The position numbers and the translations under genes were made by a program. DNA of 64,000 nucleotides from contig JABXKE010000002.1 in assembly GCA_013540595.1 (NCBI GenBank), positions 60,050 to 124,049 of the forward strand, written 5' to 3'. Below are positions 1-8,433 of the stretch, one piece after another (position 1 is the first letter of the stretch; each line of letters opens with the position of its first letter). Source of the DNA: Pyrodictium sp. GTDB taxonomy: Archaea > Thermoproteota > Thermoprotei_A > Sulfolobales > Pyrodictiaceae. Below the pieces are notes generated by a model, which ran no database searches, was not told the origin of the DNA, and saw nothing but the letters and a program-made list of their open reading frames with translations.

Positions 1-1203
1 TAATGACTGTTCGCACAAACTCTGTTGCTGGAACATCTCGAAGACTCATAAGCTTCTTCAAGAGGTTTATCAGTCCCAGAGAGAATGGATAGTATCTCTT
101 CATTTCCTCCTTAAAGCGAGTGAAGACCTCTACAAGGTTTAGCTGTCTAGCAATATCCTCCAGCCACTCCACATACTCGTCCTGGAGTTTTGTAAGCTCC
201 GCACCCTCTACGGTTCTAAGTATCCTGTAGCGCGCTATCTCAAGAGCATGCTCGGGACTGTACGATAACTCTGCTAGACCTGTACCGCCAAGACCTCTAC
301 TATAGCGCTTAGCTACTACGTCTAAGTCGTCAAGTAACCCCCTAATTTTGTTGTAGATCGTCTCGTTGTCCTGGTGCTTTATAGCTAAAGCCTCTATCTC
401 TTTGCGGTCCTGTTCTGCGAGAACCCATATAACAACGCCTGCTACAGGCTTGCCGTTTAGTTTGGCGTAGAGGTAGCTGAGAAAGTTCACCACAGTATTA
501 GCTTCGCTATATATGGATTCAGCCTCTGAGCGCCTCCCCTCCCTAATCTTGTCGGTGTAACTCCTAAGCTTCTGTGCGAGACCCCACCCTAGCTCATCTA
601 TGAGTATTAGTAGGCGGGGTCTTCCTCCAAGCTCTTCATACCGTTCCATAATCTCCGATATTAGCTCGGCAAGTTTCTCACTTGAGAGTCCATACAGCTC
701 ATGCTCGTATTTTCTAAGAACCTCTGACACCGCTCGAAGAAGCTGCGGGCCCTTTGTACGTGCTACTGGGTGCCTCATGTCGGCATATGCTTTGAGCTCC
801 TCGATAATCCTAATGAGCGGCTTGTCCTTAGAGCAGTCCATTCCAAGTACGAGAGTTTCCCTCACAACATCATCGCCAATACCTATTCCTACCCTCTTGT
901 ACATGTCTGACGTGAATATATGCCATAGGAAGATTAGTGAGTGCGTCTTACCAAAGCCGAAGCCCCTCTCCAGAGGGCCTCCTACAACGCCTGGAATATC
1001 TAGCCTCTCAACTATTCTCTCAATGAATGCCCTGAGTGGAGGAGTGACATAGGTTATTTGAAGCACGTAGTCTGGGTCCGCGAAGCTAGTTCTTCTAACA
1101 CTACTAATCCAATCCACTAGCACAGAGTCAAAGCTTGGTATCAGCTCTCTCTTCAACAAGTCAAACGAAGTCTTAGGCCTGAAGACTTGGCCCACAGGCT
1201 TCA
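1..1203 (-). CDS. P-loop ATPase, N-terminal 401 aa only (gene runs off the left edge). Tentatively DUF499/COG1483-like (BrxC/PglY-related). It sits directly downstream of the methyltransferase remnant.
   Basis: I translated the minus strand by hand from the ATG at 1201-1203. The product reads MKPVGQVFRPKTSFDLLKRELIPSFDSVLVDW...GVVGGPLERGFGFGKTHSLIFLWHIF, which carries a GxxGxGKTH Walker-A motif. The frame stays open to position 1. The ORF track does not list it because it is open-ended. Confidence 0.45.
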
Positions 1204-1215
1204 TGAGGGATCACC

Positions 1216-2581
1216 TTAGATGCGGGGTATGAGGTGGAGAAGAGTTCTAATGGCTAGCTCCCTAGCAACCATAGCTTCTGAGCCTCTATATCCTCCCTGA
1301 ATGAATCTATCGAGACCCTTAGCCTCAGCTTGTCTAAACCCTAGGTCGATGTCACGCACTGTCTCCAGGAGGATAATAGCTGTAGAGGCCGCATCTGCAA
1401 CATCCTCATCACTCCACGTGGAGACCTTTCTCCTAATGCTACTCGCCCTTACTGCTGGCGCGCCGCTCTCATGCAACGCCAAGTATGCTAGATAGAGGGC
1501 TCTGCCAGGTATCAGTGAGGAGAGCCTAGCCCATGTAGTTCGTGCACCAGCAGCGCTTAGAGCCTCGAACATGAGCGGGTAGAATGCCTTACCCCTTCTC
1601 CTACCCTCACCCTCCTCCTCGCCACCCTCAGCCTCCTCCACAATAGATTCTCCAACTAGGCCTATATCCCTAAGCCTATCTATGTCATAGCCAAGGAGCT
1701 TCGTAACAGTCTGAGCGAAGTCGTAGCTAAGTGGTAGAGGCTCACTCCTATATCTGCCAGTCTCCAAGTCTACCCTTGAGAGGAACCATAGGGTTATGTA
1801 AGACCTTGTAGCAGCATCGTCCAGCATGGCCCGACGTACATACTCAACAACTCTGCTAGCATCATCCTCGGATAGCTTTACCGCGCCAGACTCTGCCAGC
1901 ACCTTACGAAGTAGTGGCGCTACGAATAGCTCATCCACCTTAGTAGCAGCAGCATCGAACAGCGGGTCAAACCTATCGAGTCCAGGTATCTCAAATCTTG
2001 TGGCAACCGATAACGCGCTACCGAGTATCAACCCCATCATGTCGGCCGGGCTAGCGCCGGCTTCTCTCGAAATTCTCCTAGCATCTTCAACAACTGTTTT
2101 AGCAGCCTCCACAAACTCTGGATGATTAAGCAGAGCTCTCTTAACATCAGCTCCAACCTCAACAAGCCTCTTCCTTGGATACTTCCTAGCGACTATGATG
2201 AGGCTAGTCTCCTGAGCAATGACGTTGACCTGCCTCTTGTACCTTGTCTTCATCTCTGTCTGTAGAGGCCACACCTTAGAGACAACATAGCCAGCCTCAT
2301 ACAGCGACTCTCCAATGGTTTTCCAAGCCACGTCTGTTGGATGAGTAAACCACAGCACTAGGACACCATCGTCCTTTAGCACCTTATACGTCTCCTTAAC
2401 GAACTCTTTGAAGAACCTACGGAACCTACCACTAGTATCCCTCTTATCGTACGTAACAACCTCTCTTTCACGAGGAACGGTTGGGCTTGTCCAGCTCCAC
2501 CCTGAAAGCCTTAGCCCCGGCTTGAAAAGTAGCTCGAGGAGGCCGTAGAGGAGCTTATTACTAGTCCTGGAGCACCACTCC
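1216..2581 (-). pseudogene. 5'-truncated DNA methyltransferase-like gene, C-terminal ~455 codons only. Consistent with the C-terminal part of a COG1743/DUF1156-type adenine methylase. There is no start codon and no SAM-motif I region.
   Basis: The ORF is open from the stop at 2582-2584 down to 1216 and contains ...RFRRFFKEFVKETYKVLKDDGVLVLWFTHPTD..., a typical methyltransferase post-catalytic motif. The only start is a GTG at 2382. The upstream space where the N-terminal half should be encoded is occupied by other genes. It lies 13 nt upstream of the ATPase gene in the same orientation. Confidence 0.4.
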
Positions 2582-3294
2582 TCACAGAGAAGGATCTACT
2601 GCTGAGAGAAGAGTTTCGGGATCCTCACACGTATAATGCTATACTCTCAGCACTCGCAAGAGGCTATGACACACCCGCGAAAATAGCACAGGTAACTGGG
2701 ATAGACCCTAGCCATACGAGTAAGTATCTGCACGTACTAGAGCACTTAGGCATTGTCAAAAGGGAAGCACCACTATTCAAGAAGAAGGGACGTTATAAGA
2801 TAGTAGATCCCATACTAAGGACATGGTATACACTAATAGAACCCGTTGTAGACTTGTTGGAGACTGAGGCCTACAATGAGGCCTACAAGGCCATCATGGA
2901 GCGCATAGACTACTACACAGCTCAGACATGGGAGGAGATAGTTAGGGATTACCTCCTCCAAGTCTACGCAGGGAAAGGCTACACAGTTGCAGGGAGACTA
3001 GGGCATAAAGGTGAAGAGGTAGACATAGCACTACTCAACACAGAAGAAAAGAAGGCAGTACTAGCTGAAGCAAAGTGGTCTACTCTCACACTAGAAGAAG
3101 CCTACTCACTGCGCAGACAGACAGAGAAGAAGGCACTAAGACTCCTGCCAGAAGACTATACTGTTGAGGAAATAGTCGTAGCTGCTAGATCAATCACTGA
3201 AGCCCCCAAGCCCTCATGGGCTATAACACTAGACACTATAGAGTCCACATGGGAGACGAGGCCCTTAGTGAAAGAGAGTAGAGAAAGAGTCTAG
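2533..3294 (+). pseudogene. 5'-truncated archaeal ATPase (PF01637-type, archaeal ATPase family). Only the C-terminal wHTH plus DUF234 region remains; the P-loop domain is missing.
   Basis: The frame opens right after a TAG at 2530-2532 with no Met. The translation LEEAVEELITSPGAPLLTEKDLLLREEFRDPHTYNAILSALARGYDTPAKIAQVTGIDPSHTSKYLHVLEHLGIVKREAPLFKKKGRYKIVDPILRTWYTL... matches the C-terminal HTH plus DUF234 of archaeal ATPases. The ORF track shows only 2854..3294. Confidence 0.55.
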
Positions 3295-3347
3295 AGGCAC
3301 TGCACATACACGGATATCTACGCTGCCCTAGCAGTGGTGTATGAGCC

Positions 3348-4037
3348 TTGATTAGTGCTACATCAGCCGCAATAGCTGTAGCAGCTTTCCTCCTAGGCTC
3401 ACGCGGCTGGGAAGAATGCATCAGCACCACTGACATCTCTTCTAGGCTTGGCCTACGCCCCCAGCTCGTCGAGAACGCCATCGGCCTCCTCGGGGAAGCA
3501 GTAAGAGTAGTTGATGACTGTGTACTTGTTAGTGATCCCCTAGACCTCGCCATCGCAGCAATACGCCTTGGAGCCTCTGAGAAGATTATCGCTGAGAAGC
3601 TTGACTGGAAGATGTTCGAGGACTATGCAGCTAAGGCGTTAGGGGAGGCAGGCTACAATGTGTATAAGGACTTGAAGCTCTACAGTCCATTCAAGTTCCA
3701 AGTAGATGTTCTCGGCATCCTGGCAAACCACGGAGTCGTCTTTGAGTGCAAGCATTGGAACCCAAGAGCGAGCACACCCTCAAAATTGAAGAGTGTTGCT
3801 AGGAGCCACCTAGAGCGGGTCAAGAGGCTAGTAATGGCCTGGACTAGGCTCAAACTACCGAGACCATTGCGCGGCGTCATTAGGCTAGTGCCAGCAGTAC
3901 TCGTGCTGAGAGAACACACGCCAGCCCCCATAGTTGAAGGGGTAGCAGTTGTGCCAGTGTCAAGGCTTAGAGGCTTCATAGAGGAGCTGCCATCCCTAGC
4001 CTACGACGATAGAGTCAAGGTGTTCATAGTAGATTAA
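3348..4037 (+). CDS. N-terminal winged-helix DNA-binding domain fused to a C-terminal PD-(D/E)xK (restriction-endonuclease-like) nuclease domain.
   Basis: The wHTH-like stretch is TTDISSRLGLRPQLVENAIGLLGEAV. Downstream, E...D(QVDVLG)...ECK(FECKHW) spacing matches PD-(D/E)xK motifs I-III. I did not recognise a specific named family. Confidence 0.4.
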   Translation: MISATSAAIAVAAFLLGSRGWEECISTTDISSRLGLRPQLVENAIGLLGEAVRVVDDCVLVSDPLDLAIAAIRLGASEKIIAEKLDWKMFEDYAAKALGEAGYNVYKDLKLYSPFKFQVDVLGILANHGVVFECKHWNPRASTPSKLKSVARSHLERVKRLVMAWTRLKLPRPLRGVIRLVPAVLVLREHTPAPIVEGVAVVPVSRLRGFIEELPSLAYDDRVKVFIVD

Positions 4038-4561
4038 TTGCGTCCAAGCCTCTGAGCATACATCCAAGAACACTTATAGTGTGAGGGAGAGCTTCCGCTA
4101 TCTCCGCCTCTTTCGTAGCCACAAACTCCGACCAGACAATGCGGTCTGAGCCTTTCTCCTTCAGCCAGAGTGTGCAAGATAGGGCCTCGCATACTCTTCG
4201 CCAACAAACACTGTTCTGCGTCACCTGGGACGCCGCCATAGAGTTCTGATAGGAGAGAAGCAGAGTCAACAACTGAAACATAACGGCTACCACGACTAGG
4301 CACTATTGTCTTGATCCTAAACCTTCCACACTCAACACCAACAACAGCATTCCCATTCAATAATAATGCTATATATCTTGTAGACTTTCTAAGAAAAAAG
4401 AGTGTAGCATACTGCTCAACAATGCTATGAGCTTTCCTGGAGTGTACACTCTTGGTAATACTCTTGTGGAGCCCCAAGCAGATTTTTGTCGGTGTCCAAA
4501 GAACATTGTGAGTACAATGGCGTATTACTTGGTGACTGTTTACTAAATCGTAAATGGCCAT
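4034..4561 (-). CDS. Hypothetical protein (175 aa). It overlaps the stop of the nuclease-like gene by 4 nt (convergent).
   Basis: Open reading frame only. I recognised no family from the sequence. Confidence 0.25.
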   Translation of the reverse strand: MAIYDLVNSHQVIRHCTHNVLWTPTKICLGLHKSITKSVHSRKAHSIVEQYATLFFLRKSTRYIALLLNGNAVVGVECGRFRIKTIVPSRGSRYVSVVDSASLLSELYGGVPGDAEQCLLAKSMRGPILHTLAEGERLRPHCLVGVCGYERGGDSGSSPSHYKCSWMYAQRLGRN

Positions 4562-4731
4562 GAAAATACTTATGATATACTTTGGATGATGACTACCTAC
4601 TATATGACTACCTATATGTAGCCGTCACTGTCCAATATCATTCACTGTACTAGGGCTGAACTCTGCTCCATTTAGCTTATAACTACCTCCTTATAGTATT
4701 AATAAGCGGATCATGTGTTAAGGAGAGGTAA

Positions 4732-5703
4732 ATGGCGATGGAGTTCCTGGGCTGCGTGGCTAAACGTACACCCCTAGCCGCCCTAATGGGTGTAGAGGCT
4801 AGTGTCGAGTGCACAGTGTCTGGTAGCCCGCCACAAGGCGTAGATGAGGCCGCCACAATACTCAGTAGGCTTGTCAGTTACGTGTCTCGGGGCCTTGGAG
4901 TTGACTTGCGTCCAGCTGGGAAGATTCGCTGGGAGGGACTCGGCAGAGGCAGGTATCGCATCTATACGGTTCAGGTTGGAGGAGATGTTGCTGGCCAGGC
5001 TAGGATAGTTGTGGCTGAATGGCTTGGTAAGCCTCTTGCAGGCATAATAGTGCTCTACGGGCTCGCTGGCAAGCTTGATGCCGAGGAGGAGGTTGAGTGG
5101 GGTAGCCCGCTACGAGGCGTGATACCTGCACCCTGGGGCCCAGTAGAGGATGTTAGTGTGATGCAGAAGGAAGCACCTAAACTGATAAAGTATAAGGCTG
5201 AGCGTAGCGAGCCAAGCCATCCAGGCAACTTGTCTGTCGAGGGCCCCGAAGCAGGCATAACAATTAGCCTGAAAGACCTCAAAGAGAGGGCTGAGTGGAA
5301 GACACTAGACCTCCACTGTGTGACGGGGTGGAGCTATACTGGTAGGAAGTGGCTTGTTGTGCCTCTCAGCGAGCTACTGGACCTGGTTGGTGGCTGTCCT
5401 GGAGGATGGTGGGTCGCTGCTACGTCCTCCACAGGGTACACAACAGTGCTACCATGCCTAGAGGCTGTAAAGTCATACATAGCACTGGGCCTTGAGGGAG
5501 AGAAGCTCAGTCGGGATCACGGGGGCCCAGTAAGGCTTCTCGCACCAACACTCTTCGGGTGGAAGCACGCAAAGTGGCTGGCAAGCCTGAGGGTAGTCAG
5601 CGAGTACCTTGACGGGTTCTGGGAAGCCCACGGCTACCACGAGAGGGGCCTCTGGAAGCTCGATGAGCGCTTCAAGATAAGAAACCCAGAACTACTACGC
5701 TAA
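4732..5703 (+). CDS. Molybdopterin-dependent oxidoreductase domain protein (sulfite-oxidase/YedY-like Mo-binding fold) with an N-terminal extension.
   Basis: The C-terminal half reads LHCVTGWSYTGRKWLVVPLSELL...GEKLSRDHGGPVRLLAPTLFGWKHAKWLASLRVVSEYLDGFWEAHGYHE. This resembles the Oxidored_molyb domain: substrate-binding Cys-containing TGW motif, the GGP...L.P motif, and the K.WL...I tail. Confidence 0.5.
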   Translation: MAMEFLGCVAKRTPLAALMGVEASVECTVSGSPPQGVDEAATILSRLVSYVSRGLGVDLRPAGKIRWEGLGRGRYRIYTVQVGGDVAGQARIVVAEWLGKPLAGIIVLYGLAGKLDAEEEVEWGSPLRGVIPAPWGPVEDVSVMQKEAPKLIKYKAERSEPSHPGNLSVEGPEAGITISLKDLKERAEWKTLDLHCVTGWSYTGRKWLVVPLSELLDLVGGCPGGWWVAATSSTGYTTVLPCLEAVKSYIALGLEGEKLSRDHGGPVRLLAPTLFGWKHAKWLASLRVVSEYLDGFWEAHGYHERGLWKLDERFKIRNPELLR

Positions 5704-6195
5704 GGCCACACCAGACACGACGTTTTTGCTCTAAGAGACACAGGAAGGAAGAGGCACCTTCTTCACCCTCTCAAAGACTCTCCACTTATTGACGTGCTGA
5801 GTCTGCGAACCCCACCTACCCTCCCAACGGCATCTCAGTGGAGGGGATGACGAGGGGCTGAGCACTGAGGATATTGATAGGGTAAGAGATAACTAGACTC
5901 CCCTACCTAGGCTCCATATGTGGCTGTGCTCAGCATCTACGCCTTTTTACACCTAGTTCAACTGTCCTAACGCAACTCCTTACTGCTTTTCACTTGTTAC
6001 TGGGGCTGCTAGCCTAGAGCTTGTGCTTTCAAGAAACGCCAGCTTGTTGGTATGCGCGATTCCTAGTAGTGCTGAGGCTAGAATCACAATAGTCATTATG
6101 ACTGTGCGGGAGACCGCATTCTCTCTACCAACTACTAGCCTTGATTTGTAGGTGGCAGTTAACAGTATGGGTGTTAGTGACACAAGAACAATATC

Positions 6196-6630
6196 ATGGA
6201 GACGCAGCCCCCAACCTATACTGGTGAAGCTTCTCTTGGTGTCTTCAGGTTAGCGTATGGTGTAACACTCATTGTTGTAGCCTACAAGGATAGTAGCAGT
6301 ATAGACGTAGTAGTGCACGGCACTATTATTGATGGAGAGAAGTGGGCGGAACTAGTAGCTAGACCTCTCGTAGCTTCTAGTAGTACTCCACTCCTACCGC
6401 TTACTATGAGGATTAAAGATGAGCTTAGGAGCGGGTGGGTTCTATGTAGGATTCTTCTCCAGGCAAATGGCAGCCAATCCTATGGGCATGGCTGTGTTTG
6501 TAGCGTAAGGAGAGTCTATGTATTGCTTGAAATACCCGTATACTATCTCAATAGCACTATCTTGTATGGCCTGAACTACTCTACTAAGATCTTGAGGCTA
6601 CCTTGCTCTGAGCCTAGGACTTCTGGGTAA
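6196..6630 (+). CDS. Hypothetical protein (144 aa) in an otherwise low-coding stretch.
   Basis: ORF only. Confidence 0.15.
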   Translation: METQPPTYTGEASLGVFRLAYGVTLIVVAYKDSSSIDVVVHGTIIDGEKWAELVARPLVASSSTPLLPLTMRIKDELRSGWVLCRILLQANGSQSYGHGCVCSVRRVYVLLEIPVYYLNSTILYGLNYSTKILRLPCSEPRTSG

Positions 6631-7098
6631 GGAAGCTAGCGAGCACCATAGCAGAGAGGCTTGCTAGCAACCTTACTGCTCCAGGCGCAGTCGCTGCTAG
6701 AAAACTCATAGGTAGTGCACCATTACTATATGCTGTTTCTACACCCAACCTTGACGATGCTGCTCCAGAGCCTTGCCTGCTGTACTCCCAGTAAAGTACA
6801 ATGGTAAACTCTACAGGATAACACTAGAAGCACCCAATCTCTTGTTGAGGCTGTGAAGTTGAAGGTGCTCTCTGGCGGTGGCAACTATACAACCATAATT
6901 ATTTGCTCCAACACTACCGTGGCATCAGGACAGCCCACTAGTAGCTAGAGAGTAGTCATTATCTCATTGACTCAGAGTAGAGGCGAAGACAACAATAATA
7001 CTACTGAAGTAGTAGTAGTTATTGAGCGGAGAGGCTAGCCTTTTGTTTTGCTAGGCAACTGTACTATCTCCTCTTAAGAAGGAGAGAGGTGTGCCACT

Positions 7099-7704
7099 AT
7101 GGAGGTTCTAGATGGCATACATGTTCTCCGTGAAGACTATGTCAACTTCTACCTTATAGTCCGGGATGGCAACGCTGTCCTCATTGATACTGGCCTCACT
7201 GGCAAACCATTAAGAGAATACTTGGAGAGGATCGGGCTCAGACCCAGCAACGTAAAAGTCATTATTATAACTCATTACCACATGGATCATACAGGCGGCT
7301 TGCGTAGTGTACACGAATTCACTGAGGCCCCTATAGCCGCCCATAGGGAGGAGGCAGGCCTAGTCGAGGATAGGGCTGACATTAAGCCATCTATACTGCT
7401 TGAAGACGGCCAGACTATTGAGGGCCTCCTCGTCGTGCACACTCCTGGCCATACGCCAGGCCACATAGTGCTCATAGACGAGAAGACCGGGGCCCTCTTC
7501 ATAGGAGATCTCGCATATGAGGAGGATGGACGTCTAGTCGAGATACCACACCGTTACTCCTTGGATCCAGAGATGAATAGAAGGTCTATAAGGAGGCTTC
7601 TCGACTACGAGTTCAAGCACGTACTCCCAAGCCATGGCAGACCCTTGCTTGGTAGTGGTAGAGAGAAGGTTGAGGAGCTAGTGAAAGAGCTAGGGCTGGG
7701 ATAG
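7099..7704 (+). CDS. Metallo-beta-lactamase-fold metallohydrolase.
   Basis: The HxHxDH motif is present (HYHMDHTGGL), with downstream H and D ligands (HTPGHTPGH, GDLAYEEDG). A GGAGAGAGG Shine-Dalgarno-like tract lies 8 nt upstream of the ATG. Confidence 0.85.
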   Translation: MEVLDGIHVLREDYVNFYLIVRDGNAVLIDTGLTGKPLREYLERIGLRPSNVKVIIITHYHMDHTGGLRSVHEFTEAPIAAHREEAGLVEDRADIKPSILLEDGQTIEGLLVVHTPGHTPGHIVLIDEKTGALFIGDLAYEEDGRLVEIPHRYSLDPEMNRRSIRRLLDYEFKHVLPSHGRPLLGSGREKVEELVKELGLG

Positions 7705-7712
7705 GGCCTGCG

Positions 7713-8324
7713 TTAGGGAGGCATAATAAGTGCTGAGGGTAGCGGTTTTCCCCAAGCGTTATAGTAGACTTTTTCCCTCACAGTATTCCGTGGCTCTTTC
7801 TCCTTCTCTACTGCTGGCTTCCCCACTGGTATTATTGCTTCTAGCGTGTAATCGTCTGGCACACCTAGCACTCTAGCAGCTGCACGCGGGTTTGAGGGTG
7901 TGTAAGTGAGCGATGCCAGGCCCTTCTCCTCTAATGCCAGTAGGAGGTAGCCTATGGCTAGCCATGTGCTCTCACGCGCATAAGGCGCCTTCTTGTGTGC
8001 TAGAACAGCTATTAGTACTGGTGCATCTGTGAGAAACCCTTTCTTCCAAGTTATGCCTCTCTCCCTGAGCCAACTCCTAAACCATTCGGGGATAGCCGTG
8101 CTCTCGTGGAGCTTTTTCTCCCACTTCTCACACTCTTCTCTAAGCTTTTTCTTCGTCTCCTCGTCATCTATTACTATGAACATCCATGGCTGACGGTTTG
8201 CGCCAGAAGGAGCCTCTAAGGCTGCTTGTATAGCGTAGAGGACGTCTCTCAAGTCTATGGGCTCGGAATTGTATTCTCTAACACTACGCCTCCTCCTGGC
8301 TAGGCTCAGCATACAACCCTCCAT
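7713..8324 (-). CDS. Nitroreductase-family flavoprotein.
   Basis: RRSVREY and NRQPWMF motifs are characteristic of FMN nitroreductases. Length is about 200 aa. Confidence 0.8.
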   Translation of the reverse strand: MEGCMLSLARRRRSVREYNSEPIDLRDVLYAIQAALEAPSGANRQPWMFIVIDDEETKKKLREECEKWEKKLHESTAIPEWFRSWLRERGITWKKGFLTDAPVLIAVLAHKKAPYARESTWLAIGYLLLALEEKGLASLTYTPSNPRAAARVLGVPDDYTLEAIIPVGKPAVEKEKEPRNTVREKVYYNAWGKPLPSALIMPP

Positions 8325-8433
8325 TGCAGCCCACCAATAAACTGTTACGATGATAGTGTTCTTAGTGCTCTAACAGTAAATAAGATGGGGCTAAGAAAAG
8401 ATAAACAATTGCGTGCCTGGCTGAAGAGTAGAC

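Noticed and set aside
600-1052. 150-aa plus-strand ORF (and similar ORFs at 1301-1495 and 1826-2125).
   Set aside because: They lie entirely inside, and antisense to, well-supported minus-strand genes (the P-loop ATPase and the methyltransferase remnant). Their Ser/Leu/Arg-rich low-complexity translations are typical of shadow ORFs.
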